A stretch of DNA of 64,000 nucleotides from Candidatus Shapirobacteria bacterium (GTDB lineage Bacteria; Patescibacteriota; Microgenomatia; UM-FILTER-40-11). The translations under genes and the position numbers were made by a program. Below the pieces are notes generated by a model. That model ran no database searches, was not told the DNA's origin, and was given only the letters and a program-made list of their open reading frames with translations. The stretch's first letter is position 1. Every line of letters starts with the position of its first letter. Positions 29,107-38,460 of the stretch are shown piece by piece. The stretch covers positions 1,123 to 65,122 of the forward strand of contig JAGVBK010000003.1 in assembly GCA_020059745.1 (NCBI GenBank). Reading direction: 5' to 3'.

Positions 29107-29161
29107 TTTGAACTTTTGGTTTTGAAATTATTTAGAGTTTAGGATTTAGGGTTTAGTGTTT
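29107..29161. repeat. Right arm of hairpin element copy C
   Basis: tttgaaattatttagagtttaggatttagggtttagtgttt; closely matches the right arm of copy B (19983-20023). Confidence 0.85.
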
Positions 29162-29174
29162 AATAAAATAGTTC

Positions 29175-29203
29175 TTGACAAGTCCTATAATCTCCTCTAT
29201 ATT
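29175..29203 (+). promoter_or_regulatory. Sigma70 promoter of the giant surface protein
   Basis: TTGACA 29175-29180, 17 nt spacer, TATATT 29198-29203. Confidence 0.7.
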
Positions 29204-29234
29204 AAGGTAAGCGCTTGCCTGTGCTTTTTATTAC

Positions 29235-32200
29235 ATGAATAAAATTAAGTTTCTTCAAAAAATATTTTCCCTAATCACTTCTTTTAGCTTGCTTATTCAG
29301 TCATCTTTTGGATTTTTAACAACCTACAATTTTGCTTATGCCCAGGAAGAACCAACCCCGACTCCTGAAGTTACGGTTACGGTTGTTCCTCCCCAAGAAG
29401 AACCTACCCCAGAACCAACAATAGTAGTGACAGAAATACCTTTGCCAGAACCAACAGAAACGCCAACTGTAACAACAAATGTAACAGAGCCGGAAACCAC
29501 TCCAACACCTACCCCAGCAGAAACACTTCAGCCTGATTTAAACGAGCCTGAAATAAACGAGCCAAGTGCAGCTCTTAACCCTTCTATTTCAACAGATAAA
29601 GATGATTACCCCCCTACAGGAACAGTAGTTCTTACCGGAAAAGATTTTCCGGCAAACACGGAATTAAGAATTAAGGTAACTTGGCCGGATGGGCAGGTAA
29701 GAAGCGCTTCAGGCGAAATAGGCCAGACAGATACAGCAAAAACAGACGATCAAGGGAACCTTACTTTCTTTTATCCCCTAAGAGGAGAAGGACAGGAAGG
29801 GGAATACCTAGTTGAAATTATTAATGGTGAAACAGTTTTAGCAATTACAAATTTTACAGATCAACATCCCGAGCAGTCTTCGCCAATTGTACTTAATGAA
29901 ATTTTACCTGATCCAATGGGGAATGTTGGAGCGCAAGAGGCAGATGAATTTATTGAAATATACAACAAAGGAACTGAGGTAATCGATCTTTCGGGTTTTA
30001 CCCTGACCGATACCCAGGGCGCAAATCCGTCTCCATTTTCGCTTTCCGGCACGATAGGGGCTGGAGGTTTTATTTCTTATCCTAAAACTGTTTCCCAAAT
30101 AACTCTTAATAACGACGGGGATACTGTGCAGCTTCTTTATAATAGTGTGGTAGTTGATTCGTATAGTTATACTTCTTCGTCAATTACTGAAGGCCGCAGT
30201 TACGGACGGTGTGGTGACGGAGAGGATAATTGGGTTGAGTTGGCGAACCTAACTCCAGGAAGCGCTAATGACTGCTCTTCGCTAGACGATAATCAGACTT
30301 TATCTCAAGAGGTTTGTCCTGAAGGTGAGGGCGGTTGGGTAAAGGTGGATGGTCTAAGTAGTTTATATTATTTTTACACGGCCCCAACAGGCAAACTTGT
30401 ATCTAATACTTGCTACAAAGCAGGAAATACTGTTGTTTATGGGGAAATTACTCCTCCTGCTTCTCCAGTTACAGTTTCCTCAACTGTTTTTAACCAAGAT
30501 GGTTGCACGGAAATTGGTTCGGGATGTAATTATCAGAATTTGTCTCATGCATCTTTTAAGCTTGTTGACGAACCTCTCCCTGATCCGTATTTTAATCTGG
30601 CTGTATGCTATGAAGGTTCTCTTGGTACCCAAGCAACAGAAGCAAGATTTGGGTATTTGGCAAGAGATCTTTCTCTTGAATCAGTAGTGGAAAGAAATAC
30701 ATTGACTAACGGGGGTTCCCTGCCGCAAGGAATTCCTTTAGGTCAGAATTCTGAAAGAGTATGGTCTACAAACACTTACGTATTGAATTCAAACAATTAT
30801 GTTTGGACAGTAAAAATTAACGGAAAACAAAAAACTGCAACAATTGATAAGTTGGGAGGTAAAAATAGTATTGTTACTGAGCAAAACCAATGTCCATTAC
30901 CTGAACCGGTTTGCGGTAATGGAATCTTGGAAGGAGACGAAGAATGTGATGATGGAAATACACTAGATGGTGATAATTGCAATTCCAATTGCCAGTGGGA
31001 ATTAATATGTGATCCTGAAAAAGAACTTGCCATTAACGGTGGGTTTGAAACACCGGTTGTTGGTTCTCAAAAATGGGATATTTTTGAATCAGGAACTTCA
31101 GGCCTTAGTTGGACGGTAAACTGGCGCGAAAGTTTTGGTAACTACAGAGGTTGGGAACTTCCTGATCCAGCTCATCTTGAGCTACATAGGAGTGTTAATG
31201 GATGGTTGCCAAGAGAAGGATCACAGCATGCGGAACTTGATTCAGATTGGAATGATCACTCAGGGAATCTTAATAACGAACCAGCCTCAACGGTCATTTA
31301 TCAAGATATTCCTACAATTCCAGGCAATCAATACACAATTAAGTTTTACTTTTCCCCAAGGCCAAATACACCTCAGACAGACAATGTTCTTGAGTTTAGT
31401 TGGGGGGGAGAAGTTAAGGAAACTATTTCCAGGGCAGGGGGTAGTAATACAGACTGGTCAGAGCATACTTATACTTTTACAGCAACAACAACACCAACAA
31501 GACTTCAATTTAAAGATTTGGGAACGGCAAATTCTTTAGGTACGCTGATTGATGGAGTAAGTGTTCGCTGTCTTGGTCCGGAAAAAGGTTCATTAACAAT
31601 TTGTAAATATAATGATTTAAACAAAGACGCACAAATAACTGAAGGTGAGCCAAAAATTTGGTGGGAAATGACAGTTGTTGATATGGATGGAGCAGATGCA
31701 GGGGAAACCTGGAATAAAGCTACTCCGGCAAATGACTGTTTAACACTTGAAGGGATGGATTTTGGGGAATACGAAGTAACTGAAACTGAAACGTCGGGGT
31801 GGACTCGATCTTATCCTACGGATAGTAATTCTCAAACAGCAGTCTTAAACGTAAGCAATTCGGATGTGATCGTGAATTTTCTAAACTATGAAACACCTCC
31901 GGTTTGTGGAGACGGAGTGATTAATCAAGATTCTGAAGAATGTGACGGAGATGATTTGGGAGATGCTGATTCGGAGAGTAATTTTTGCACCACTGAATGT
32001 AAACTAGTCCCTGTTTATTATGGCGGTAATTCTTGCCCTCCTGAGTATCCGGTTCCAAAGCTTCTTGGGACATACACTGTTTCCAGTACGGATGCTGATG
32101 GGATTTTGGTTCCGGTAACCACGGGAGGAAGATATCTCTTTGAGGCTCTAGGGACTTATCGCCCGACCCAAAGAGATGCTGTGCCGGCAATGTGGTTTGC

Positions 32201-35200
32201 CGATGCCGGTTATTCAACTGATAATAATTGGGACTCATTAAAAACTCAATATGGGATTGGGGGGAGTGGTATTGACAAGGGAGCACATGCGCTTTTGGGA
32301 AACTTGGGTAGCGGAGTGGGGATTGTCGAATGGGGGGATTACAACCAAGATCACGAATATCGTTTTTATCATGAACCAACTCTTTCTTCTTTGCAATTTG
32401 TTATTGGTGACCGTTGGGACTCTTGGTATGGGACAAAATGGGATAACCAGGAGGGAATGTATGATAACAGCGGAGAACTGACTTTAAAATTATATGAGTG
32501 CCTTCCTCAAAAACCTCAATATCTTTGTGACGATACAATTTATACTGCCAATAATCAGAGCAGCTTAACCTGGCTTGACAGCAGCAATGGCAGCACCCAT
32601 GAACTTACTACTATGAATTTTGGTTCTTCGGCCAGTGCAGACGACCCCTTTATGCATATAACTTATTATGTAAATAGATATGGAAACAGTGATGAGTTAG
32701 CTTACTACGACCATGATAGTGATACTCATACTACGGTTGGCAATTTGAATGTTTCATCATTCTTCACAAAACTTGCTTTTGACATTTATGGGAGGTTATA
32801 CGGTCTTACCGATGAACACTCTTTATACCTAATAGATAAAGAAAACGCCTCGGTTGAGAAAAAGGGAGTTATAAGCGGAATTAACAGTGGCGGCGACATA
32901 ATTTTTGATGAAAATAACGATTTATATCTCATTGGAACAAACGGATGGCTCTACACTATTGATCTTTCGACTCTAGTTGCTAGCTTAGTTAAAAAAACAG
33001 GACTAAGCAGCGTAACAGGGATTGCTTACAGGCAGGGGGTCTTTTATGTATCCACTGTAAATAGCGGAAAGTCCAATATTTACACTATGGATAAGTTAGG
33101 TAACGCTTCGGGCCCTCTCAATCAGGAACCGGTTGACCCCATTAATGACCTTAGCTCATGTCTTCCGGGAACCCCGCCTATTTGCGGCGATGGGGTGGTC
33201 AATCAAGCTTCAGAGCAATGTGACGGCGTAGAGGGGACAGCGGGTGATGGCAGTAATTTCTGTACTGATACTTGTAAGTTGATTCCGGTTTATTCAGGAG
33301 ACAATACTTGTCCTGATGGAAAAGTAAAGGCTGCTTCTCCTGTTTTTTCCCAATTTGTGAATGTTAGTCCCACAGCAAGTGAATACATGGTTGTTAATGG
33401 TTTAACAGAAGGAGAAGATTATCTTGTTGAAGTTTCAGGAAAGTATCAATTTGATCCTGGTGTTGCGACCAAATGGGCAGACGCAGCTTATGCCTCTTAT
33501 GCGGCGGATGGAGCAGGTTCACTTCCATGGAACTTCAGAACTGATTTAGGAATTCATCCAACAACAGGTAAAGACGCGGTGGGCAATTATAAAAGCAGGG
33601 GAATTACTTCTTTACTTTCCGACTTGGGAACTGGAGTTATGGGAGTGGTTGATTGGGGAGATTTCGATGAAGGTCATAATTATTCGTTCCTTTATAAGGC
33701 ACTTGCAAGTTCTCCAAAGTTTATTGTTTCTGAATGGTATGGGGATTGGTATAAAACAAGCCAGAGTAATTTTAATACCTTTAATAATCTTGGCAGTTTG
33801 AATCTTGAAGTTTATGAATGTGTGGAGCCGGGCATAATTAAAGGAACTAAGTATCTTGACGAAAACGCTAATGGTATTCATGATTATAATCTTTCTTTAT
33901 CCGATGTTTACGAAAGTCAGCTCCTGAATGGGTGGAAAATTAGGCTTTATGATTCTGGCTGGAACAAGATTGACGAAACTGAAACGGCGAATTTAGGAAA
34001 TAAAGGCCAGTATATATTTAACAATGTCGTCCCCGGAACCTATTATGTTTGCGAGGTAATGGAGAATGGTTGGGAACAAACAGGACCGAACGAGGGAGAT
34101 GGAAGTATAAACAATAATTGGCAGCAGACTGGCAATGGATTGGCGGTAGAGAATGAATCTCCTAATAAAGAGGAAGAAGGTTCAGTTTGTTGGAAAGCTG
34201 ATGTTGAGCCGGGCGAAGAAGATAAATGGCTTAAGTTTGGCAATACGCAATATGGTTCAATTTTGGGGGTTAAATGGGAAGATGTTAATGGAGATGGAGA
34301 CCGAGACGAAGGTGAGGATGGGCTTTCCGGTTGGACAATTCAATTAAAACAAGGAGAAAATACTATTGAAACCACTACTGGCGAAGGCGGAGTCTATTCT
34401 TTTGAGAATGTAATTTCCGGAGAATATGAAGTTTGTGAAGTCATGAAAGATGGTTGGGAAAACACTGCTGGCGGGGTTTGCCGGGAAATAACTTTATCTG
34501 CTGGCGAAGATAAGTCTGGCGTTGATTTTGGGAACTTTGAGCTCGGAAGAATTTTTGGTTACAAGTACAACGATATTAATGATGACAGCAACTTAGATGT
34601 TGGCGAGACCGGGGTTAACGGCTGGCAGATTTGCATTGAGAAACAGGAGGATCAGTTTTCACTACCTGATTTAGCAGCTGAGGTTGCTTCAGAAAATGAT
34701 GAAGGAAATTGTGTTTATACTGATGAAACTGGTTATTACGAATTTACGGGATTAACTGCCGGTATATATACTATTATTGAAGAAGACAGAAGCAGCGAAG
34801 GCTGGAGAGCAAGCAACCCTGAATCGGGAAAATATGAAGGAATTGAAATTCTCTCAGGAACAGGCTACGGTGAAGAAAGCAATTATGACTTTTATAATGC
34901 TCCTCCGCCCAGCATTCTTTTAAATAAAAGCAATAACAATTCTTCAGCCGGAGTTGGAGATACCGTAGGTTACATTTTAACCATTACAGTTGGCGAAAGA
35001 ACTCTTTCAGATATGACTTTGGTTGATAATCTTCCTGAAGGTTTTACCTATCAGGCTGGATCTTCCAAAATTAACGGGAATTCGGTTGAGCCGGCAATTT
35101 CCAATGAGGATAAAACATTAACCTGGACTTGGGGAGAAGTTTTAGCAGGGTCTGTGATAGTTGTAACTTATGATATTAAGATTGAGCCTTCAAACCAGCC

Positions 35201-35462
35201 TGCAGCTTATACAAACTATGCTCAGGTATCCGGGCACGGGTCTCCTACGGTAGTAACCAGCGATATTGTTCAATCAGAAGTTTGGATTGGCAATGTTTAT
35301 GCCTATAATGGCACGGTCGGAGGCCAGGTTTTAGGAACAAGCACAGGCCAGGTTTTAGGCGCTTCCACTTTGCCTGCAGCCGGTTCTGAGACTTGGTATT
35401 TACTGGCAGCCTTTAGCTTAATCGGAACAGGCCTTTTTATTAGAAAAAAGTATTTACATTAA
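29235..35462 (+). CDS. 2075-aa multidomain cell-surface adhesin, putative sortase substrate
   Basis: Signal peptide, PT/E stalk, LTD, CGNG/CGDG..ECD disulfide repeats, DUF642-like (INGGFETP), duplicated lectin-like module, propeller-like repeats, SdrD-B-like repeats (KW.D.NGDG.RD.GE.GL.GW.I), DUF11-like, LPAAG + TM + RKK. Confidence 0.9.
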   Translation: MNKIKFLQKIFSLITSFSLLIQSSFGFLTTYNFAYAQEEPTPTPEVTVTVVPPQEEPTPEPTIVVTEIPLPEPTETPTVTTNVTEPETTPTPTPAETLQPDLNEPEINEPSAALNPSISTDKDDYPPTGTVVLTGKDFPANTELRIKVTWPDGQVRSASGEIGQTDTAKTDDQGNLTFFYPLRGEGQEGEYLVEIINGETVLAITNFTDQHPEQSSPIVLNEILPDPMGNVGAQEADEFIEIYNKGTEVIDLSGFTLTDTQGANPSPFSLSGTIGAGGFISYPKTVSQITLNNDGDTVQLLYNSVVVDSYSYTSSSITEGRSYGRCGDGEDNWVELANLTPGSANDCSSLDDNQTLSQEVCPEGEGGWVKVDGLSSLYYFYTAPTGKLVSNTCYKAGNTVVYGEITPPASPVTVSSTVFNQDGCTEIGSGCNYQNLSHASFKLVDEPLPDPYFNLAVCYEGSLGTQATEARFGYLARDLSLESVVERNTLTNGGSLPQGIPLGQNSERVWSTNTYVLNSNNYVWTVKINGKQKTATIDKLGGKNSIVTEQNQCPLPEPVCGNGILEGDEECDDGNTLDGDNCNSNCQWELICDPEKELAINGGFETPVVGSQKWDIFESGTSGLSWTVNWRESFGNYRGWELPDPAHLELHRSVNGWLPREGSQHAELDSDWNDHSGNLNNEPASTVIYQDIPTIPGNQYTIKFYFSPRPNTPQTDNVLEFSWGGEVKETISRAGGSNTDWSEHTYTFTATTTPTRLQFKDLGTANSLGTLIDGVSVRCLGPEKGSLTICKYNDLNKDAQITEGEPKIWWEMTVVDMDGADAGETWNKATPANDCLTLEGMDFGEYEVTETETSGWTRSYPTDSNSQTAVLNVSNSDVIVNFLNYETPPVCGDGVINQDSEECDGDDLGDADSESNFCTTECKLVPVYYGGNSCPPEYPVPKLLGTYTVSSTDADGILVPVTTGGRYLFEALGTYRPTQRDAVPAMWFADAGYSTDNNWDSLKTQYGIGGSGIDKGAHALLGNLGSGVGIVEWGDYNQDHEYRFYHEPTLSSLQFVIGDRWDSWYGTKWDNQEGMYDNSGELTLKLYECLPQKPQYLCDDTIYTANNQSSLTWLDSSNGSTHELTTMNFGSSASADDPFMHITYYVNRYGNSDELAYYDHDSDTHTTVGNLNVSSFFTKLAFDIYGRLYGLTDEHSLYLIDKENASVEKKGVISGINSGGDIIFDENNDLYLIGTNGWLYTIDLSTLVASLVKKTGLSSVTGIAYRQGVFYVSTVNSGKSNIYTMDKLGNASGPLNQEPVDPINDLSSCLPGTPPICGDGVVNQASEQCDGVEGTAGDGSNFCTDTCKLIPVYSGDNTCPDGKVKAASPVFSQFVNVSPTASEYMVVNGLTEGEDYLVEVSGKYQFDPGVATKWADAAYASYAADGAGSLPWNFRTDLGIHPTTGKDAVGNYKSRGITSLLSDLGTGVMGVVDWGDFDEGHNYSFLYKALASSPKFIVSEWYGDWYKTSQSNFNTFNNLGSLNLEVYECVEPGIIKGTKYLDENANGIHDYNLSLSDVYESQLLNGWKIRLYDSGWNKIDETETANLGNKGQYIFNNVVPGTYYVCEVMENGWEQTGPNEGDGSINNNWQQTGNGLAVENESPNKEEEGSVCWKADVEPGEEDKWLKFGNTQYGSILGVKWEDVNGDGDRDEGEDGLSGWTIQLKQGENTIETTTGEGGVYSFENVISGEYEVCEVMKDGWENTAGGVCREITLSAGEDKSGVDFGNFELGRIFGYKYNDINDDSNLDVGETGVNGWQICIEKQEDQFSLPDLAAEVASENDEGNCVYTDETGYYEFTGLTAGIYTIIEEDRSSEGWRASNPESGKYEGIEILSGTGYGEESNYDFYNAPPPSILLNKSNNNSSAGVGDTVGYILTITVGERTLSDMTLVDNLPEGFTYQAGSSKINGNSVEPAISNEDKTLTWTWGEVLAGSVIVVTYDIKIEPSNQPAAYTNYAQVSGHGSPTVVTSDIVQSEVWIGNVYAYNGTVGGQVLGTSTGQVLGASTLPAAGSETWYLLAAFSLIGTGLFIRKKYLH

Positions 35463-35463
35463 A

Positions 35464-36426
35464 ATGAAAAAAATATTTTTAACAATTTTATTTTTAATTA
35501 GCCTCTGCTTTTTTTCAGTAAACAAGGCTTTTGCCGGGGATTTAGTACTTTCTTTATCAAAACTGCCTGATTATAGGAAGGGTTCTTCTTTCCGGCTTTA
35601 TTACACCTATTTTGAAACTGACGGAAAGACTGCAACAGTTAATCTTTTTATCCAAAAGGACGGCAAAGATTGGAGGCAGACAAACCAAAAAGACAAGACT
35701 ACTGTTTCAGGATACTTTGAAGTGGGCGGCTCTGATTTTTATGACGGTGAAGGAAAGTATCACTTTTATGCAACTGCAAAAACTGACGAAGACACAGTTA
35801 CCAGCGAAACTGTCAGCACTATTCTTGATTCAACTTCGCCGGGAAAAGTGACTGATTACAATAAAGAAAGGCTTAATGCGGCTAGCTTCAGATTAAAGTG
35901 GAAAAATCCTGAAGATTCCGATCTTGACCGGGTTCATATTTACCGTTCAAAAGAAAGAAGCTTTACTGCTGATTCAGGAACTAGGGTAGCGGTAATGCAT
36001 GGTGCTCCCGGGGAAAAGATGATTTGGGAAAATGGTGTTCCTGAAAACGATATTGAATTTTACTATGCTTTTATTGCCTTTGACCACGCCGGCAATCATT
36101 CAGAAATTGTGACTGATGCTCCGGGAGAAGTGACCCCTGGCGCTGTTTTAGGCACACAAACCGAGCTTGGCACAGGAGGGCCTTTAACTTATGATGAAGA
36201 AACAGTAACTTTGCCAGAGGAAGAGGAGACTGAAACGGAAGAGGAAGAAGGACAATTGGGAGGAGGAATTTCCACTGAAGCGGGCGATGTAATGGGCGAC
36301 CAAACTGAGAAGAAATCAAAAACTCCTTACTTTCTTGCCGGTTTGGGAGCTTTGGCAGTGCTTGTTTTTTCCTACTTTAGATTTGTTAAAAGAAATAAAA
36401 GAAGGATAAAACCCAGCAAATGGTAA
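35464..36426 (+). CDS. Secreted Ig/FN3-like surface protein with acidic linker and C-terminal TM anchor
   Basis: Signal peptide; D.T.PG.V, LKWKNP.DSD...V.IYRS, YYAFIAFDHAGN.S; TM + KRNKRR. Confidence 0.8.
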   Translation: MKKIFLTILFLISLCFFSVNKAFAGDLVLSLSKLPDYRKGSSFRLYYTYFETDGKTATVNLFIQKDGKDWRQTNQKDKTTVSGYFEVGGSDFYDGEGKYHFYATAKTDEDTVTSETVSTILDSTSPGKVTDYNKERLNAASFRLKWKNPEDSDLDRVHIYRSKERSFTADSGTRVAVMHGAPGEKMIWENGVPENDIEFYYAFIAFDHAGNHSEIVTDAPGEVTPGAVLGTQTELGTGGPLTYDEETVTLPEEEETETEEEEGQLGGGISTEAGDVMGDQTEKKSKTPYFLAGLGALAVLVFSYFRFVKRNKRRIKPSKW

Positions 36427-36448
36427 ATTTTTCGTACAAAGGATAACT

Positions 36449-36478
36449 AAAAAAACTCACCGGTTTGGTGGGTTTTTT
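36449..36478 (+). terminator. Rho-independent terminator/attenuator before the tasA-like gene
   Basis: aaaaaactcacc-ggttt-ggtgggtttttt. Confidence 0.7.
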
Positions 36479-36503
36479 CTTTTCTGGAAAGGAGGTGAGA
36501 TAA

Positions 36504-37070
36504 ATGAAAAGGATTTTAAGTAGCTTAATAATAATTGCCCTGCTTGCCTCTACCGCTGTTGGGGCAACCCAGGCTTTTTATCATGATGAGGTGGTTTTAG
36601 GAACTAATACTTTTGCTTTAGGTACAGTTGACTTGGAAAATGCTTGGACTAGCGGTTTTCCGTTTAGCTTAAATAATTTAGCCCCAGGGCAAGTCTCGTC
36701 AACTGGTGTTTTAGGTGTTGGCTATGGAGGCTCTCTTACGGCCGATCTTTATTTTGGAGTTAAGGCTGATACAGGGGAGAATCTAAAAGACTATTTAGAA
36801 TATTACATTGAGGAAGTGACAGCAGGAGGTACTCACATTAGGAATGTTTTTGGATGGAGGGATGTAAGCGATGCTTTTACCAACTGGAACTTGGTGGCAG
36901 ACAATGTCACCAAGAGTCAATGGAAATATTATAGGTTACATGTAAGAGTTAAGGATTCAGCTGATAATGGTACTCAAGGCATGTCTGCTACCAATTATGT
37001 AATAATTTATGCTGTTCAAGACGGGGGAACCGCTCCTGGTACAGCTCCATGGCAGTATCCAACTCCATGA
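36504..37070 (+). CDS. TasA/camelysin-like protein with SipW-type signal peptide
   Basis: Strong SD GAAAGGAGGTGA; MKRILSSL...GATQAFYHD......NTFALGTVDL, NLAPG motif. Confidence 0.8.
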   Translation: MKRILSSLIIIALLASTAVGATQAFYHDEVVLGTNTFALGTVDLENAWTSGFPFSLNNLAPGQVSSTGVLGVGYGGSLTADLYFGVKADTGENLKDYLEYYIEEVTAGGTHIRNVFGWRDVSDAFTNWNLVADNVTKSQWKYYRLHVRVKDSADNGTQGMSATNYVIIYAVQDGGTAPGTAPWQYPTP

Positions 37071-37090
37071 AAATCTAATTTAGATTCTCA

Positions 37091-37117
37091 GGTCACCTAA
37101 GCTAGGCTTGGGTGACC
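37091..37117 (+). other. Stable intergenic stem-loop without U-tract
   Basis: ggtcacctaagc-tag-gcttgggtgacc. Confidence 0.7.
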
Positions 37118-37133
37118 AATAGAGGTTAAATAA

Positions 37134-37793
37134 ATGATTAAGACAAAAAAAGTTGGAAGAGTTCTTTATTGGTTTTTAATTGCTTTTCTGGCGCTTGTGG
37201 CTGGGGTGGTGGCGGTATCAATTTTAGACATTCCCGGAGGGATTAAGCTGTTTACGGTTCAGAGCGGGTCAATGTCTCCTAAAATCAGAGCCGGGAGTAT
37301 TGTTGTAGTTAAGCCTGCTGATCATTATCGTACGGGAGATGTAATCACCTTTAGGTCCGAACCTGAGAGGGAAGTCAAAATACCAAAGCTCACAATAACC
37401 CACAGAATTGATGAAGTGAAGTTAAAAGATGAAGGTCTTTTTTATCAAACAAAAGGGGATGCTAACCCAGACCCAGATGTTGACCTGGTTGCAGCAGACT
37501 TGGTTTTAGGCAGGGTCATTTTTTCTTTACCCCTAATTGGATATCCGGTTTCTTTTGCAAAAACGCAAGTTGGACTAATCGTTCTTATTATTGTTCCTGC
37601 GACAGTAATTATATATTCAGAACTTCTGACTATTAAAAACGAAGCAAAAAAACTCATAAAAGAAAGGAAAAGGAGAAAACTTTCCTCTCTCGAAAAAGCG
37701 GAGGTAACAATCGGGGAGGGAATGGTATCAGTAGAAGAAGGGCTCGAAAAAGTGGGGGAAGAAATTAAGGAAAAAATGTCAAATGAAGAATAG
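37134..37793 (+). CDS. sipW: SipW-type (S26B, ER-type) signal peptidase I
   Basis: TVQSGSMSP, GDVITF, ITHRI (Ser-His dyad), TKGDAN..D, flanking TM helices. Confidence 0.9.
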   Translation: MIKTKKVGRVLYWFLIAFLALVAGVVAVSILDIPGGIKLFTVQSGSMSPKIRAGSIVVVKPADHYRTGDVITFRSEPEREVKIPKLTITHRIDEVKLKDEGLFYQTKGDANPDPDVDLVAADLVLGRVIFSLPLIGYPVSFAKTQVGLIVLIIVPATVIIYSELLTIKNEAKKLIKERKRRKLSSLEKAEVTIGEGMVSVEEGLEKVGEEIKEKMSNEE

Positions 37794-38418
37794 ATTGCTA
37801 AAAGTCTTACTTTTAATTTTTTTAATTGGAATTACCAGAATTCAGGAAACAAATTCATATTATCTTGACACAATAATACTTTCAGACAACACGATATCGA
37901 CAGGTTGTTGGGAAGATGATGAGCCTGGGCTTGGAGATGTGGTTATAAATGAGGTTTATTATGATGTTAGAAATGACGACAGCAAGGGAACGGAAAATAA
38001 AAATGAGTGGATTGAGCTTTACAATAGTTTGGATTATTCAGTCAGCCTTAAAAACTGGACAATAACTGATGGTCAGGGAAATATTAAAACAGTTCATCTC
38101 GAGGTATCGATTCCGGCTAAGGGGTTCGCCGTTTTGTCCCATGACCATTCTACCTGGAGTTTATATTGGCCCCTTCCGGCCGAAACAGTCACAATACAGT
38201 TGGGTGGTTCTTTGGCTTGGTTAAATAATAGCGGAGATGCTCTTACCCTAAAAGATAGTAACGGCAATGAAATAGACCTGGTTTCTTGGAAAAACTTTAT
38301 TGATGGATGGAGTTTGAACGCAACAGAGGGTGAATCGATTGTTCGCAAAGAGAAGGGAAAGGACACAAACAGTCCAGACGACTGGGAGGTATCAAGTGAG
38401 CCTAACCCTGGAGCTTAA
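37783..38418 (+). CDS. SipW-signal protein carrying a lamin tail domain
   Basis: TNSYYLD......NTISTGCW SipW-class motif; VVINEV.YD..EWIELYN..LNNSGD.LTL.D..PNPG. Confidence 0.8.
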   Translation: MKNRLLKVLLLIFLIGITRIQETNSYYLDTIILSDNTISTGCWEDDEPGLGDVVINEVYYDVRNDDSKGTENKNEWIELYNSLDYSVSLKNWTITDGQGNIKTVHLEVSIPAKGFAVLSHDHSTWSLYWPLPAETVTIQLGGSLAWLNNSGDALTLKDSNGNEIDLVSWKNFIDGWSLNATEGESIVRKEKGKDTNSPDDWEVSSEPNPGA

Positions 38419-38460
38419 CTCTTTACTTTTTCGAGCCTCTCATGCTTAAATAGAATTACT

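Noticed and set aside
13838-29161. Hairpin/heptamer repeats as a CRISPR array or IS ends
   Set aside because: No regular repeat-spacer periodicity, no cas or transposase gene, and no clear target-site duplication
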